The translations under genes were made by a program, and so were the position numbers. Of a DNA stretch of 33,123 bases, positions 9,893 to 18,191 are shown in pieces. The notes below the pieces were generated by a model. The model was not told where the DNA came from. It worked only from the letters and a program-made list of their open reading frames with translations, and did not search any database. The stretch spans positions 62,001 through 95,123 of the IMG/VR virus record IMGVR_UViG_3300013232_000002; one strand, written 5' to 3'. How positions within the stretch are numbered: position 1 is the first letter of the stretch; each line of letters begins with the position of its first letter. This DNA is from an uncultured virus (IMG/VR IMGVR_UViG_3300013232_000002) (lineage: Duplodnaviria > Heunggongvirae > Uroviricota > Caudoviricetes).

Positions 9893-10696
9893 ATGGGACG
9901 AATCGTAGACGCCAGCGACGTGTTGCTTATGCTTGGTCTTAGCACCTCTCCCACAGCGGAAGAGACTGCTATTGTCAATCTGTCGATCACCCAGGCAGAA
10001 TCAGCTATCCGCCGCTACCTGGGTTACGACCCAGTACTATCGTCCAGGACCGAGTACTACCCGCAGATGGATCTCCAGGCGAGTGGCCCAAGTGTTTGGG
10101 AAGCCAACGCGACTAGTGCCTATCTTCGGCAGCAGACATCGGCGTCCACCAACGAGCTTCAAGTTCAACACATTCCTATTAGATCGAATCCGGCTATCGA
10201 TCTGCGAATCGACTACGATGGAAGGTCGGGAGCACGCTCTGGTTCTTTCGCAGCAGAGAGTCTAAAGACCGAAGGGGAAGACTACTGGCCGAACTACGAT
10301 GGCATGGACAGCGACGGTCATAAGATTTGTCGCGATGGCATTATCAGATCAGTTGGCTTGTGGCCCACCGAAGCTGGTTGTGTCAAGATTATTTACACTG
10401 GTGGGTATTCTTCGACGGAGCTTCGTGGGCAGAGTAGCTTAGTTGATGCTGGTCCAATCTGGGAAGCTACCCTACAAGAAACCATCCGCCGAGCCAAGAC
10501 CGTTTTCTTGACGAAGAAGGACACTACCGTTGGTTGGTTGGCGGGACCCATCACATCAGAGAACCTTGGTGACTACAGTTACACCATGGACTCTTCGTTG
10601 ATTAGCAAGTTGTTTGGCTCTTCTGCTGACTTGACTGCCGAGACTGTTTCGAAGCTGAGCAGTTTCGTCAACTGGGGTTTTTCACTTGGCGGGTAA
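9893..10696 (+). CDS. Head-tail adaptor (gp6/gp15-like)
   Basis: 'AESAIRRYLGY', 'VKIIYTGGY' and 'ITSENLGDYSYT' are typical of head-completion adaptors. Confidence 0.75.
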   Translation: MGRIVDASDVLLMLGLSTSPTAEETAIVNLSITQAESAIRRYLGYDPVLSSRTEYYPQMDLQASGPSVWEANATSAYLRQQTSASTNELQVQHIPIRSNPAIDLRIDYDGRSGARSGSFAAESLKTEGEDYWPNYDGMDSDGHKICRDGIIRSVGLWPTEAGCVKIIYTGGYSSTELRGQSSLVDAGPIWEATLQETIRRAKTVFLTKKDTTVGWLAGPITSENLGDYSYTMDSSLISKLFGSSADLTAETVSKLSSFVNWGFSLGG

Positions 10697-10701
10697 ATGA
10701 A

Positions 10702-11070
10702 ATGCTGCTATCAAACTTCCCACACGAGTGTACAATTCGCCGTGTAGTCCGTACTTCTGGTACGATGGGCAAGGGGAAGCCTACGTACATCAACGAGCAG
10801 ACTGCTGTTAAGTGCTGGGAACAGCCTGCTGGAACTAGTGAGGTACAAACGTATCAGAAGAAGGGCATGCAGATTACGCATACGATCTACTTCATTGCAA
10901 ATCCCAACGTCACCAGTCGTCATCAAATACTCGTTACGTCGAAGCAGGGTGTGGCGGTAGCATCTCCCGAAGTGTTTGATGTAATGAGCTCGGAATCACC
11001 AGACGCATCTGCCGGCCTCGGTGTGGTGTGGAGGGTTCAGTGCAGAAGAATTGATTCTGCAGAGGACTAA
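10702..11070 (+). CDS. Head-closure / head-tail joining protein (gp16-like)
   Basis: 122 aa beta protein directly after the adaptor; 'PHECTIRR...VKCWEQP...THTIYF'. Confidence 0.6.
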   Translation: MLLSNFPHECTIRRVVRTSGTMGKGKPTYINEQTAVKCWEQPAGTSEVQTYQKKGMQITHTIYFIANPNVTSRHQILVTSKQGVAVASPEVFDVMSSESPDASAGLGVVWRVQCRRIDSAED

Positions 11071-11072
11071 GA

Positions 11073-11417
11073 ATGCGAGTTGTTTGTAATTCACTGGAGG
11101 AGTTTTTCGAAGACTTGCAAACCCAGACAGCACTGTCGGGTCCGGAGTGTGTGTACCAGAAGACGGTGCGAGTGTCCATCTCGACCAAGAGGATTGAGCA
11201 GAGAGCACAACAATCGGTATTGCTGCAAGTGTCCGCTGTGGTGGGTTGCGACCAAGGGGAATACTTGTTGATGCTTGGGATGGATTGTGGTGTAGATTAC
11301 TTGGATGCCGAAGAGGATTGTCAAGGCAGCGAGTTGGCGATTCAGAGGAGATCGCACGTTCGTCAGCAAGCGTTGTCGTTGGGCCTTGTGGTGGGTCCTG
11401 GTGTAATTGATGTCTAA
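11073..11417 (+). CDS. Hypothetical protein (114 aa)
   Basis: Tightly packed + strand ORF. Confidence 0.55.
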   Translation: MRVVCNSLEEFFEDLQTQTALSGPECVYQKTVRVSISTKRIEQRAQQSVLLQVSAVVGCDQGEYLLMLGMDCGVDYLDAEEDCQGSELAIQRRSHVRQQALSLGLVVGPGVIDV

Positions 11418-11429
11418 GGAGAACAGACA

Positions 11430-11753
11430 ATGACTACGAGTAAAGAGTTGAAGCGTATTGCGAAGGAGAGATCGAGACTTCTTGCAAGACGGCACTTGGA
11501 AGAAGCGATGCTGGAGGAAGGCAACGAGAGCTGGTTGTTTTCCATCTCACGAATCGGAGACGATGGGAGGATGCAGACGACGATCGTTACCTCAGAGTTC
11601 CCCAAGGAACGCATGAACGAGTGCTTGAACGGGATACGAGGAAACATTCAGTCTTTGTCCCAAGAGGTACCCGAGCTGCCCCCAGCTCTGGAACCGGCTG
11701 TGTTTCCTTGGATGAAGCCGGCCGTTGGCGAGAAGGGACTGGCGAATGAGTAG
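11430..11753 (+). CDS. Hypothetical protein (107 aa)
   Basis: AAGGAG RBS at ~11416. Confidence 0.6.
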   Translation: MTTSKELKRIAKERSRLLARRHLEEAMLEEGNESWLFSISRIGDDGRMQTTIVTSEFPKERMNECLNGIRGNIQSLSQEVPELPPALEPAVFPWMKPAVGEKGLANE

Positions 11754-12174
11754 GTTTACGTTGCTGATACATCTGCTCCGATTCGTAGTCAATCGCAGCA
11801 ATTCAAAAGCGCAGAAGATGGCCTTCCGTTGGAAACGAGAGGCTCTTAGTGCTATGCGAGAGTTGTCGAAGTTGGAAGTGTCTCTGAAGCGCGAGAGACA
11901 GCAATGTGATCTCGCTTACGACAAGTACCGATCACGATTGGAGGAAGTTGAATCCAAGGTGGACGATCTTCGTCTGTTGATTGAGAGATACGACAAAGCA
12001 GAGGAGGCTTTGAACAACGAGATCGAGCTATACAGGGATGTTCGAGTTCCTGGGTTGCACCTGGCGAACGAAGAGATGTGTCGGCAGATCGAAGCACTCA
12101 TCGCGCTCAACGTGGGAAAGCAAGTAGCCTTCGATCCAACAAGTGGGAAGGGTAATCATGGGATTCTTGACTAA
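11746..12174 (+). CDS. Hypothetical coiled-coil protein
   Basis: Probable ATG 11746; long heptad pattern; overlaps the portal start. Confidence 0.55.
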   Translation: MSRFTLLIHLLRFVVNRSNSKAQKMAFRWKREALSAMRELSKLEVSLKRERQQCDLAYDKYRSRLEEVESKVDDLRLLIERYDKAEEALNNEIELYRDVRVPGLHLANEEMCRQIEALIALNVGKQVAFDPTSGKGNHGILD

Positions 12175-14755
12175 GTCGATCGCATCCAACCGAGCAATCT
12201 CTCAATCTGCTCGAGAGCGAGCGTTGTACGCAAAAGCATCGGGAGGTATGGGCAGCCTGATGGCGACCGGGCCGTACGATGTATTCTCTCAGTGGAACGC
12301 TCGGTCATCCATGAACGACAGGTACACGAAGTACTCGGGTTATCTTTACTCGGCGATTCATGCAATCGCCAAGCAGGCTGCGGGACAGCCGGTTCGTGTT
12401 GGACGGACCCCAGACTCCAAGGAAGACGGAAAGTCGAGGGGATTGACGACAAAGCAGAAGACCGCGATTCGGAAGATGACCCTTCTGTCTGTGAAGCAGA
12501 AGGCAGAGAATGACGGCATCGAGGTTCTCGAAGATCATCCATTGATCAAGGCGTTGGATCACCCCAACGCAGTACAGGGTCGATGGCAGTTCGTTTATTC
12601 ATTCATGGCTAACCTCTGCCTCACAGGCTGGTCTTACGTAGTCTCCGATGCCGATGCGGAGGGCCGACCAGAGATGTGGTCGGTACCGTCGTCGTGGATA
12701 ACACCCGTCCACGACGACGGTCCTTTCTCGTCGTTCAAGATGCTTCAACCTGGGAAGCCAGCGTCGCAGGCGATTCCGTTGAAGAAGGACCAAGTCTCGT
12801 TTGCTCATCTCCCCGATCCAAGCAATCCGTTGTCGGCACTTGCACCCTCGAGTTCGCAGGATCCATCAATCCGCATCAGCGGTCATATCGACAACAGCCG
12901 AGAGAAGTTCTTCGAGAATGGAATCTTCCCAAGTGTGATCGTCACAGTGGGCAAAGACCCCATGCCCGGTGCAGAGGGAGGCGGAGTCCGGCCGAGGCTT
13001 ACCGCTGCGCAGAGAAGGCAGCTCAACGCCGTCATCCGCAAGACGATGGGAGGGGTCGCCAACTATGGGAACCCGGCGATCGTTGATGGGATGATCGAGA
13101 GCATCACCCGGTTTAGCCTGACCGATCAAGAGATGGGTTGGGACAAATCGGATGCTTCCGTTCGTGCCGCAATCTTGGGTGCGTATGGAGTCCATCCATT
13201 CATTCTGGGCAGGGAGATCAGCGTTGGTGGATGGGCGCAAGCCACCATCATTCGCCAACTGTTCTACGATAATGTGAACACCTACCTCAACTTCCTGGGT
13301 GAGGTGGTGACTGGTGTCATCGGGGGAGGACGAGAGAACAACAGACTGGCAGTCTGGTGGGAAGCCTGCGAAGCAGTAGACCCAACCCAGCAAAACTCGA
13401 TGATCCGGTTTGCGCGGCAGAACAACGACATCTCGCAAGACGAGTTCCGCAGCATCCTCGGTCTGGCTCCCGACGAGGATCGCAACCAGCAGGTGCTTGA
13501 GAAGAGCACGGTCACCCCGATCATCACGCTCTTGGACAAAGTGTCACAGGGTGGAATCGAAAACACCCAAGCGATTGCTTTGATGGAAGGGTTGGGTGTG
13601 CCCACCGACATGGCGAAGAGGATTGCTGGCCCGAAGAAGAAACCCCCTGTCCAGCCTCCCGCCGTTCCTGGTGCTCCGGGCCAGCCTCCCATCCCTCCCG
13701 GGCAGCAGCCGAAGCCGGGCCAGCCTGCCGTGCAGCAGGGGCAACCTGAAGAGGAGGAAGAAGAGATCACCACTGAGCAGGCGGCGAAGATGCTCAAGGA
13801 GGCTCTTGGAGAGCTTCGCAAGGACACATCGACACAAGCGAGGTCGGTGGCGTCGATGGTGTTGGAGATGACTGAGTCTAAGCACTTGGCGAATCAACAC
13901 AACCAGCAATCTCATGCCCATGACGGTATGGGAGAGACCAAGCGAGATGCTGACGGGAAGCTGACACTCTCCGACGGAAAGCCTCTGCCCGATCACATTC
14001 CGAAGAACATACCACCGGCGTGGAAAGAGGTGATGGTTGCAATGGATCCCAAGGCCGAGTTGCTGGTCAAGGGAAAAGATGCAAAGGGACGATACCAGAG
14101 CGTCTACTCGAAAGCACATTGGGCAGAAGCAGCAGAGTCCAAGTTTGCCCGTGCCAATGAGATCCGTGCCAAGGAAGACCAGATCCGCAAGGAGATCGAG
14201 AAGGACGCCAAGAGCAAGGATCCCAAGACTCGCGACAGCGCTGCGTGTCTTCGGTTGATTCAACACACGGGGCTTCGTCCCGGCAGTGAGAAGGACACGG
14301 GAGCCGAGAAGCAGGCCTACGGGGCCACCACCATCCAGGGAAAGCACGTGGTTGTGAAGGGAGACAAAGTACGTCTTCGGTTTGTGGGGAAGAAGGGAGT
14401 CGACCTCGACATCGAGGTGACGGATCCCGTGGTGAAAGCCGACTTGATCGCCAGGAAAAGCACCGCCGGGCCTAGCGGCAAGTTGTATAATAATACGGGG
14501 GATTCCCAGCTTCTTGCCTATGCGAAGGATCGTGACGGTGGTGGTTTCAAAGTGAAGGATTTCCGGACTGCTCGCGGGACTTCTGAGGCGGTCGAGGTGA
14601 TCAAGAAGATGAAGGCGCCGAAGACTGAGAAGGAGTACAAGAAGGCAGTGAAGGAAGTTGCAACAGCCGTGTCGAAGAAGCTGGGAAATACTCCTACTGT
14701 CGCGCAACAATCGTACATCGATGCGGCAGTGTTCTCTGTTTGGAGAATTAAGTGA
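12158..14755 (+). CDS. HK97-type portal protein fused to a C-terminal DNA topoisomerase IB domain
   Basis: Portal motifs 'YSAIHAIAKQAAG', 'HPLIKALDHPN', 'LCLTGWSY', 'FFENGIFPS', 'ILGAYGVHP', 'ISQDEFRSILGL'. After a Pro/Gln linker and His motif come TopIB motifs IPPAW, GKDAKGRYQSVY, TGLRPGSE, YGATT, FVGKKG, KDFRT, LGNTPTVAQQSYID. Confidence 0.9.
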   Translation: MGFLTKSIASNRAISQSARERALYAKASGGMGSLMATGPYDVFSQWNARSSMNDRYTKYSGYLYSAIHAIAKQAAGQPVRVGRTPDSKEDGKSRGLTTKQKTAIRKMTLLSVKQKAENDGIEVLEDHPLIKALDHPNAVQGRWQFVYSFMANLCLTGWSYVVSDADAEGRPEMWSVPSSWITPVHDDGPFSSFKMLQPGKPASQAIPLKKDQVSFAHLPDPSNPLSALAPSSSQDPSIRISGHIDNSREKFFENGIFPSVIVTVGKDPMPGAEGGGVRPRLTAAQRRQLNAVIRKTMGGVANYGNPAIVDGMIESITRFSLTDQEMGWDKSDASVRAAILGAYGVHPFILGREISVGGWAQATIIRQLFYDNVNTYLNFLGEVVTGVIGGGRENNRLAVWWEACEAVDPTQQNSMIRFARQNNDISQDEFRSILGLAPDEDRNQQVLEKSTVTPIITLLDKVSQGGIENTQAIALMEGLGVPTDMAKRIAGPKKKPPVQPPAVPGAPGQPPIPPGQQPKPGQPAVQQGQPEEEEEEITTEQAAKMLKEALGELRKDTSTQARSVASMVLEMTESKHLANQHNQQSHAHDGMGETKRDADGKLTLSDGKPLPDHIPKNIPPAWKEVMVAMDPKAELLVKGKDAKGRYQSVYSKAHWAEAAESKFARANEIRAKEDQIRKEIEKDAKSKDPKTRDSAACLRLIQHTGLRPGSEKDTGAEKQAYGATTIQGKHVVVKGDKVRLRFVGKKGVDLDIEVTDPVVKADLIARKSTAGPSGKLYNNTGDSQLLAYAKDRDGGGFKVKDFRTARGTSEAVEVIKKMKAPKTEKEYKKAVKEVATAVSKKLGNTPTVAQQSYIDAAVFSVWRIK

Positions 14756-14756
14756 G

Positions 14757-15170
14757 ATGGCGGATGATTCGCTTGCGAAACTGTTGGTTGTTGCTTCACA
14801 GGCTGTTCGTCTGAAGCAGATCGAATCTACTCGGACAATCCGCCGTGCCGTTGCTAGGGAGATTCACACCAAGCAGGCTGGCAAGACGGAGGTTTCGATT
14901 GCGAGAGTAGTCTCCAAGGAGATCGACAAGCAGGTTGACGACATCGCCAAGAAACTTGGAACTGGGTCGAAGTTGAATTCCAAGGAGAATCTGAAGAAGT
15001 GGAAGAACTCGTTGATTGACGCAGTGCTTCCCGTGCTGGCGATCAAGATGGCAGAGGCGGCGGTGGCTCAGATGATCATGGTTGGTGTGAATCCACGAAG
15101 CAAGGGTGCAAGGGTTCTCACTCAGAGGAAGCATGAGGTTGAAGATGGAAGTATTTGGACAAGAGAGTGA
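14757..15170 (+). CDS. Helical protein, possibly the detached N-terminal part of the MuF head morphogenesis protein
   Basis: Starts 1 nt after the portal stop; helical and basic; occupies the position where the MuF N-terminus normally follows the portal. Confidence 0.5.
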   Translation: MADDSLAKLLVVASQAVRLKQIESTRTIRRAVAREIHTKQAGKTEVSIARVVSKEIDKQVDDIAKKLGTGSKLNSKENLKKWKNSLIDAVLPVLAIKMAEAAVAQMIMVGVNPRSKGARVLTQRKHEVEDGSIWTRE

Positions 15171-15315
15171 TGTATTCTTCGGGGAAATCTCGGACAAGGA
15201 TCCTCCCGACTGGAGAGAAGAGCTCGAAAACGAAGAGGATCCGGATGACGAGGAGCTCGACGAAACGTCCGCGGACGTGATTGCCATGTTGGGATTCGAT
15301 CCCAAGGAAATGTGA
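15133..15315 (+). CDS. Small highly acidic protein (60 aa)
   Basis: GAGG RBS before ATG 15133; sequence PDWREELENEEDPDDEELDETSADVIAMLGFDP. Confidence 0.6.
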   Translation: MRLKMEVFGQESDVFFGEISDKDPPDWREELENEEDPDDEELDETSADVIAMLGFDPKEM

Positions 15316-15327
15316 AAGGACCGCGTC

Positions 15328-15801
15328 ATGAAAGAGGTCGAGAAACTCGAAACCCTGAAGCACTTAACGTCGGCTGCGAAGAGCCTGTGCGAAATGACCA
15401 AGCATCTGAACGGCCAGCATGACCAATCCGAGCACGGTCACGGCGGTGGTGGAGGTGGTGCTGCTGGAACCGCGAAGCCTTCCAAAGCGGAGGAGTACAA
15501 GAAGGAGACCGGATTGGATCTTCCTCCCAGGAACGCTGAGGAGAAGTGGAAGAAGTCATACGGCTTCAAGAACGCGGCTCCTGGTGATATCGCCTACATG
15601 GATCAAGGCACGAAGGACGCATACAAACTCCACATCATGAAGATTCACGAAGATGTGAAGAACGGAACACCTGGAGTCTCTGGTGTAGTGCTCGATGACT
15701 TAAACAAACCCATTCGCGACATCTCCGATTCTTCCAGATTCGAGATGAAGTGGGCTTACGACGATCAGGTCGGAGCCGTATATAAGAAGCCGAAGAAATG
15801 A
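15328..15801 (+). CDS. His-motif-tagged hypothetical protein
   Basis: AAAGGA RBS; carries KHLNGQHDQSEHGH plus a Gly linker followed by a ~110 aa domain. Confidence 0.7.
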   Translation: MKEVEKLETLKHLTSAAKSLCEMTKHLNGQHDQSEHGHGGGGGGAAGTAKPSKAEEYKKETGLDLPPRNAEEKWKKSYGFKNAAPGDIAYMDQGTKDAYKLHIMKIHEDVKNGTPGVSGVVLDDLNKPIRDISDSSRFEMKWAYDDQVGAVYKKPKK

Positions 15802-18191
15802 CTACTGCAACAGAATGGCTGCTCGATAACCCCGAAGACGTCGAAGCTCTTAGCGAGCTGCTGATGGGTGTTGAGGATCTCCCGATTCGCTTGTGGACCG
15901 AAATCCCCAAGTGGATGAAGCAGGAGATCGCCAACCAACTGAAGGTCACTTTCGAGCAGCCATACTGGGACGACATTGCCAAGACCACCCTTGGTGATGC
16001 CGAGCGGGCTCTCGAGGCTGGCTTGCAGGAGGGGTGGTCCATTCGCAAGATCGCCAGCCAGATGCGAGAGTCGTTGGGTGGGGATCGGTACGCCAAAGTA
16101 CGGGCCTTGAACATCGCGAGAACTGAGTGCCTACCTGCCGACACTGTCGTCAATGGGGCAAATGTTGAATCTGTGTACAGGAGATTTTATTCTGGGCCTT
16201 TTGTTAAAGTCATCACCAAAGCAGGTCGAGAATTCTCCGGTACCCCGAATCACCCAGTGTTGACGACTAGAGGCTGGGTTGGACTTGGCGATCTCAAGAA
16301 ATCGGATAATCTTGTTTGCTACGGATTTGGTGTCAAAAAACTTGGTTTTTCTGGACGCCCAGACATAAATCACCCACCAACCACGATCGGCGATATATTT
16401 GATTCTCTTGCGGCAATAGGGATTGGAGAGAGGAGATTCGGAAGTAATGAAGATTTCCACGGCGATGGGATGAATGGCGAGATCGATGTTTTTGCTTCCA
16501 ACGGCTTTTTGTCTTATGGGAATTATTCCCCTATCGAGCAAAGCAGAGTAGATAATGTCTTCACCGAATCCGACTTTCGCCACACTCTTCTCGTTGCCGA
16601 GGGCAATCTTCTCTCTTGTGGGATCAGCGAGTCTAGCGGCCTCGGAGTAGTTTCTCAAAGCCATTCCCGATTTTATGATGACCCTTTGTATGCTTGCCGG
16701 ATCGACACTGAGGGATTTTGCTATCGTAGGGCAGGATTCTCCATTTACATACCTCGCAACAATTTCGGAAGTACGGTCTGTGAGGTGTTTGGTGGAGGAT
16801 CGGTACCCAGTAGCGAGCATCAATCTACGGGCTTCTTTTCTACTCCTTCTCTCTACTCCGAATCTCTTACAAATTCTGAGGATGGTGTATTTGCTACATC
16901 CCATGATCTTGCTAACAGCAATGCTGCTGAGACCGGATTTGTAGAGATCGATCAACTTCAGAGTATCATCAGAATTGAATCGTGGAGTGGGCATGTTTTT
17001 AACCTTACTACTAAGGATAGGTTTTTCAGTATAGCCGATGGTGTGTTTACGGGCAACTGCGGCAACGCATTGAATGGGGCCAGGAAGGCCTCGATCAACC
17101 GCCTAGTCGAGGACGTGGGCGATGATGTACCGATGCGCTCCACGTGGCTCAGCGTCCTGGCGAATACGACCAGAGACACCCACGCCAACCTCGATGGTAC
17201 TCCATGTGACAAGGATGGGATGTGGAGGCTGGGAGGTGTGAAAATACCTTGGCCTAGTCATGTCTCATTGCCGGCGAAGGAACGCTGCAACTGCATGTGC
17301 AGTCTAACCATCGACTTCGGAATGAATGAGTCGGCAGCTCATGAAGCGATCCAGGAGTACTATGACCGAGTAGATGACTACGAAGCAAAGTCAGTCAAGC
17401 ATCTCCCTGGGCAGCATGATCAGATGTCGCATGCTCATGGAGGAAGCTCTGTCGAGCAAACTCTGCGAAGTGGTAAGTACGAATCAGAGAGGATCAACAC
17501 AGAGACTGCATCTGGTGGTTTCTTCAAGATGACCTTCGAGGACGGAACGATCGGTGTGTACAAGAGAGGTGGGGATTACGAGCCCAACATCAGGATCACC
17601 GTGGAAGCAGGAACACACTACCGACGAGAGGCCGCATTTTATGATGTGGCGAAGGTGGTGGGGAATGAGGATCTAGTTCCGGAAACGGTGGTCCGTAGGA
17701 ATGATGTGACCAACATCGAGGGATCGGTACAGAAGTTCGTCAAGGATGCGCAAGCCATCGATAATCACATCCTGATCGACAACTGGTATGGAAAGAGTAA
17801 GAAGGACATCGCTCGTGCTGCCGCACAAGACTTCGTGATGGGAAACACGGATCGTCATCAAGGCAATTGGGTACTGAGCAAGGGGAAGATCCAGTTGATC
17901 GACAACGGTTTGTCTGTTCCTGTTCGTATTTCGTCTGGGAATACGCAGAGGGAAGAATTGCGACGCATCACCGATCTCGGATTTGTGCAGCAGGCTTCGG
18001 CAAACTCTATGAGTTTGAAGTCAGTGCGAAAACAGTGGGAAGGTAAGTGGGAGGAAATCGAGAAGGTGATGAAAAGTCATGAAATCGATTACGGGGGAAT
18101 CGCGGATGCTAAGAAGCGTTACGACATGTTGATGGATCCGAAGTATAAAGACTTCTACGAGTTGACGCAGGCCTACAGAGGGAGCCTTTGA
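15798..18191 (+). CDS. MuF (SPP1 gp7-like) head morphogenesis protein with intein and C-terminal PI3K/HipA-like kinase domain
   Basis: MuF motifs 'RALNIARTE', 'WLSV...TRDTHANLDG', 'P...LPAKERCNCMC'. Kinase motifs 'GVYKRG', 'RREAAFY', 'VPETV', 'GSVQKFV', 'DFVMGNTDRHQGN', 'LIDNG'. Confidence 0.85.
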   Translation: MTTATEWLLDNPEDVEALSELLMGVEDLPIRLWTEIPKWMKQEIANQLKVTFEQPYWDDIAKTTLGDAERALEAGLQEGWSIRKIASQMRESLGGDRYAKVRALNIARTECLPADTVVNGANVESVYRRFYSGPFVKVITKAGREFSGTPNHPVLTTRGWVGLGDLKKSDNLVCYGFGVKKLGFSGRPDINHPPTTIGDIFDSLAAIGIGERRFGSNEDFHGDGMNGEIDVFASNGFLSYGNYSPIEQSRVDNVFTESDFRHTLLVAEGNLLSCGISESSGLGVVSQSHSRFYDDPLYACRIDTEGFCYRRAGFSIYIPRNNFGSTVCEVFGGGSVPSSEHQSTGFFSTPSLYSESLTNSEDGVFATSHDLANSNAAETGFVEIDQLQSIIRIESWSGHVFNLTTKDRFFSIADGVFTGNCGNALNGARKASINRLVEDVGDDVPMRSTWLSVLANTTRDTHANLDGTPCDKDGMWRLGGVKIPWPSHVSLPAKERCNCMCSLTIDFGMNESAAHEAIQEYYDRVDDYEAKSVKHLPGQHDQMSHAHGGSSVEQTLRSGKYESERINTETASGGFFKMTFEDGTIGVYKRGGDYEPNIRITVEAGTHYRREAAFYDVAKVVGNEDLVPETVVRRNDVTNIEGSVQKFVKDAQAIDNHILIDNWYGKSKKDIARAAAQDFVMGNTDRHQGNWVLSKGKIQLIDNGLSVPVRISSGNTQREELRRITDLGFVQQASANSMSLKSVRKQWEGKWEEIEKVMKSHEIDYGGIADAKKRYDMLMDPKYKDFYELTQAYRGSL
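16128..17057 (+). mobile_element. Intein (310 aa) in the MuF domain
   Basis: Block A CLPADTVV directly after ARTE; block B GTPNHPVLT; block F WSGHVFNLTT; C-terminus VFTGN followed by Cys+1. The segment looks more AT-rich than its flanks. Confidence 0.88.
16131..16994 (-). CDS. Antisense-encoded putative homing endonuclease (two HTH-like units + DUF559/Vsr-like PD-(D/E)xK nuclease) inside the intein
   Basis: HTH-like 'LIDLYKSGLSSIAVSKIMGCSKYTILRICKRFGVERR' and 'VARYVNGESCPTIAKSLSVDPASIQRVI'; nuclease 'GEDIIYSALLDRG...RQKAVGSKNIDLAIHPIAVEI...RGWWVIYVW'; SD-like TAAGGT just upstream of the ATG on the minus strand. Confidence 0.75.
   Translation of the reverse strand: MPTPRFNSDDTLKLIDLYKSGLSSIAVSKIMGCSKYTILRICKRFGVERRSRKEARRLMLATGYRSSTKHLTDRTSEIVARYVNGESCPTIAKSLSVDPASIQRVIIKSGMALRNYSEAARLADPTREKIALGNEKSVAKVGFGEDIIYSALLDRGIIPIRQKAVGSKNIDLAIHPIAVEIFITSESPLSNPYCRKRIKYIADRGWWVIYVWASRKTKFFDTKSVANKIIRFLEIAKSNPASSRQHWVIRGTGEFSTCFGDDFNKRPRIKSPVHRFNICPIDDSVGR

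Noticed and set aside
13544..14710. 388 aa minus-strand ORF opposite the TopIB domain
   Set aside because: Leu/Arg-rich with no motifs; a typical antisense shadow of a biased coding strand, unlike the intein antisense ORF, which has domain motifs and an RBS.
14009..14755. Portal C-terminal domain as a tyrosine recombinase/integrase
   Set aside because: The fold is related, but IPPAW, GRxQxxY, YGATT, FxGK, KDFRT and LGNT...SYI are TopIB signatures, and there is no HxLRH motif.
15121..15170. 'QRKHEVEDG' as a sixth His motif
   Set aside because: Only KH matches; the rest of the consensus is missing.
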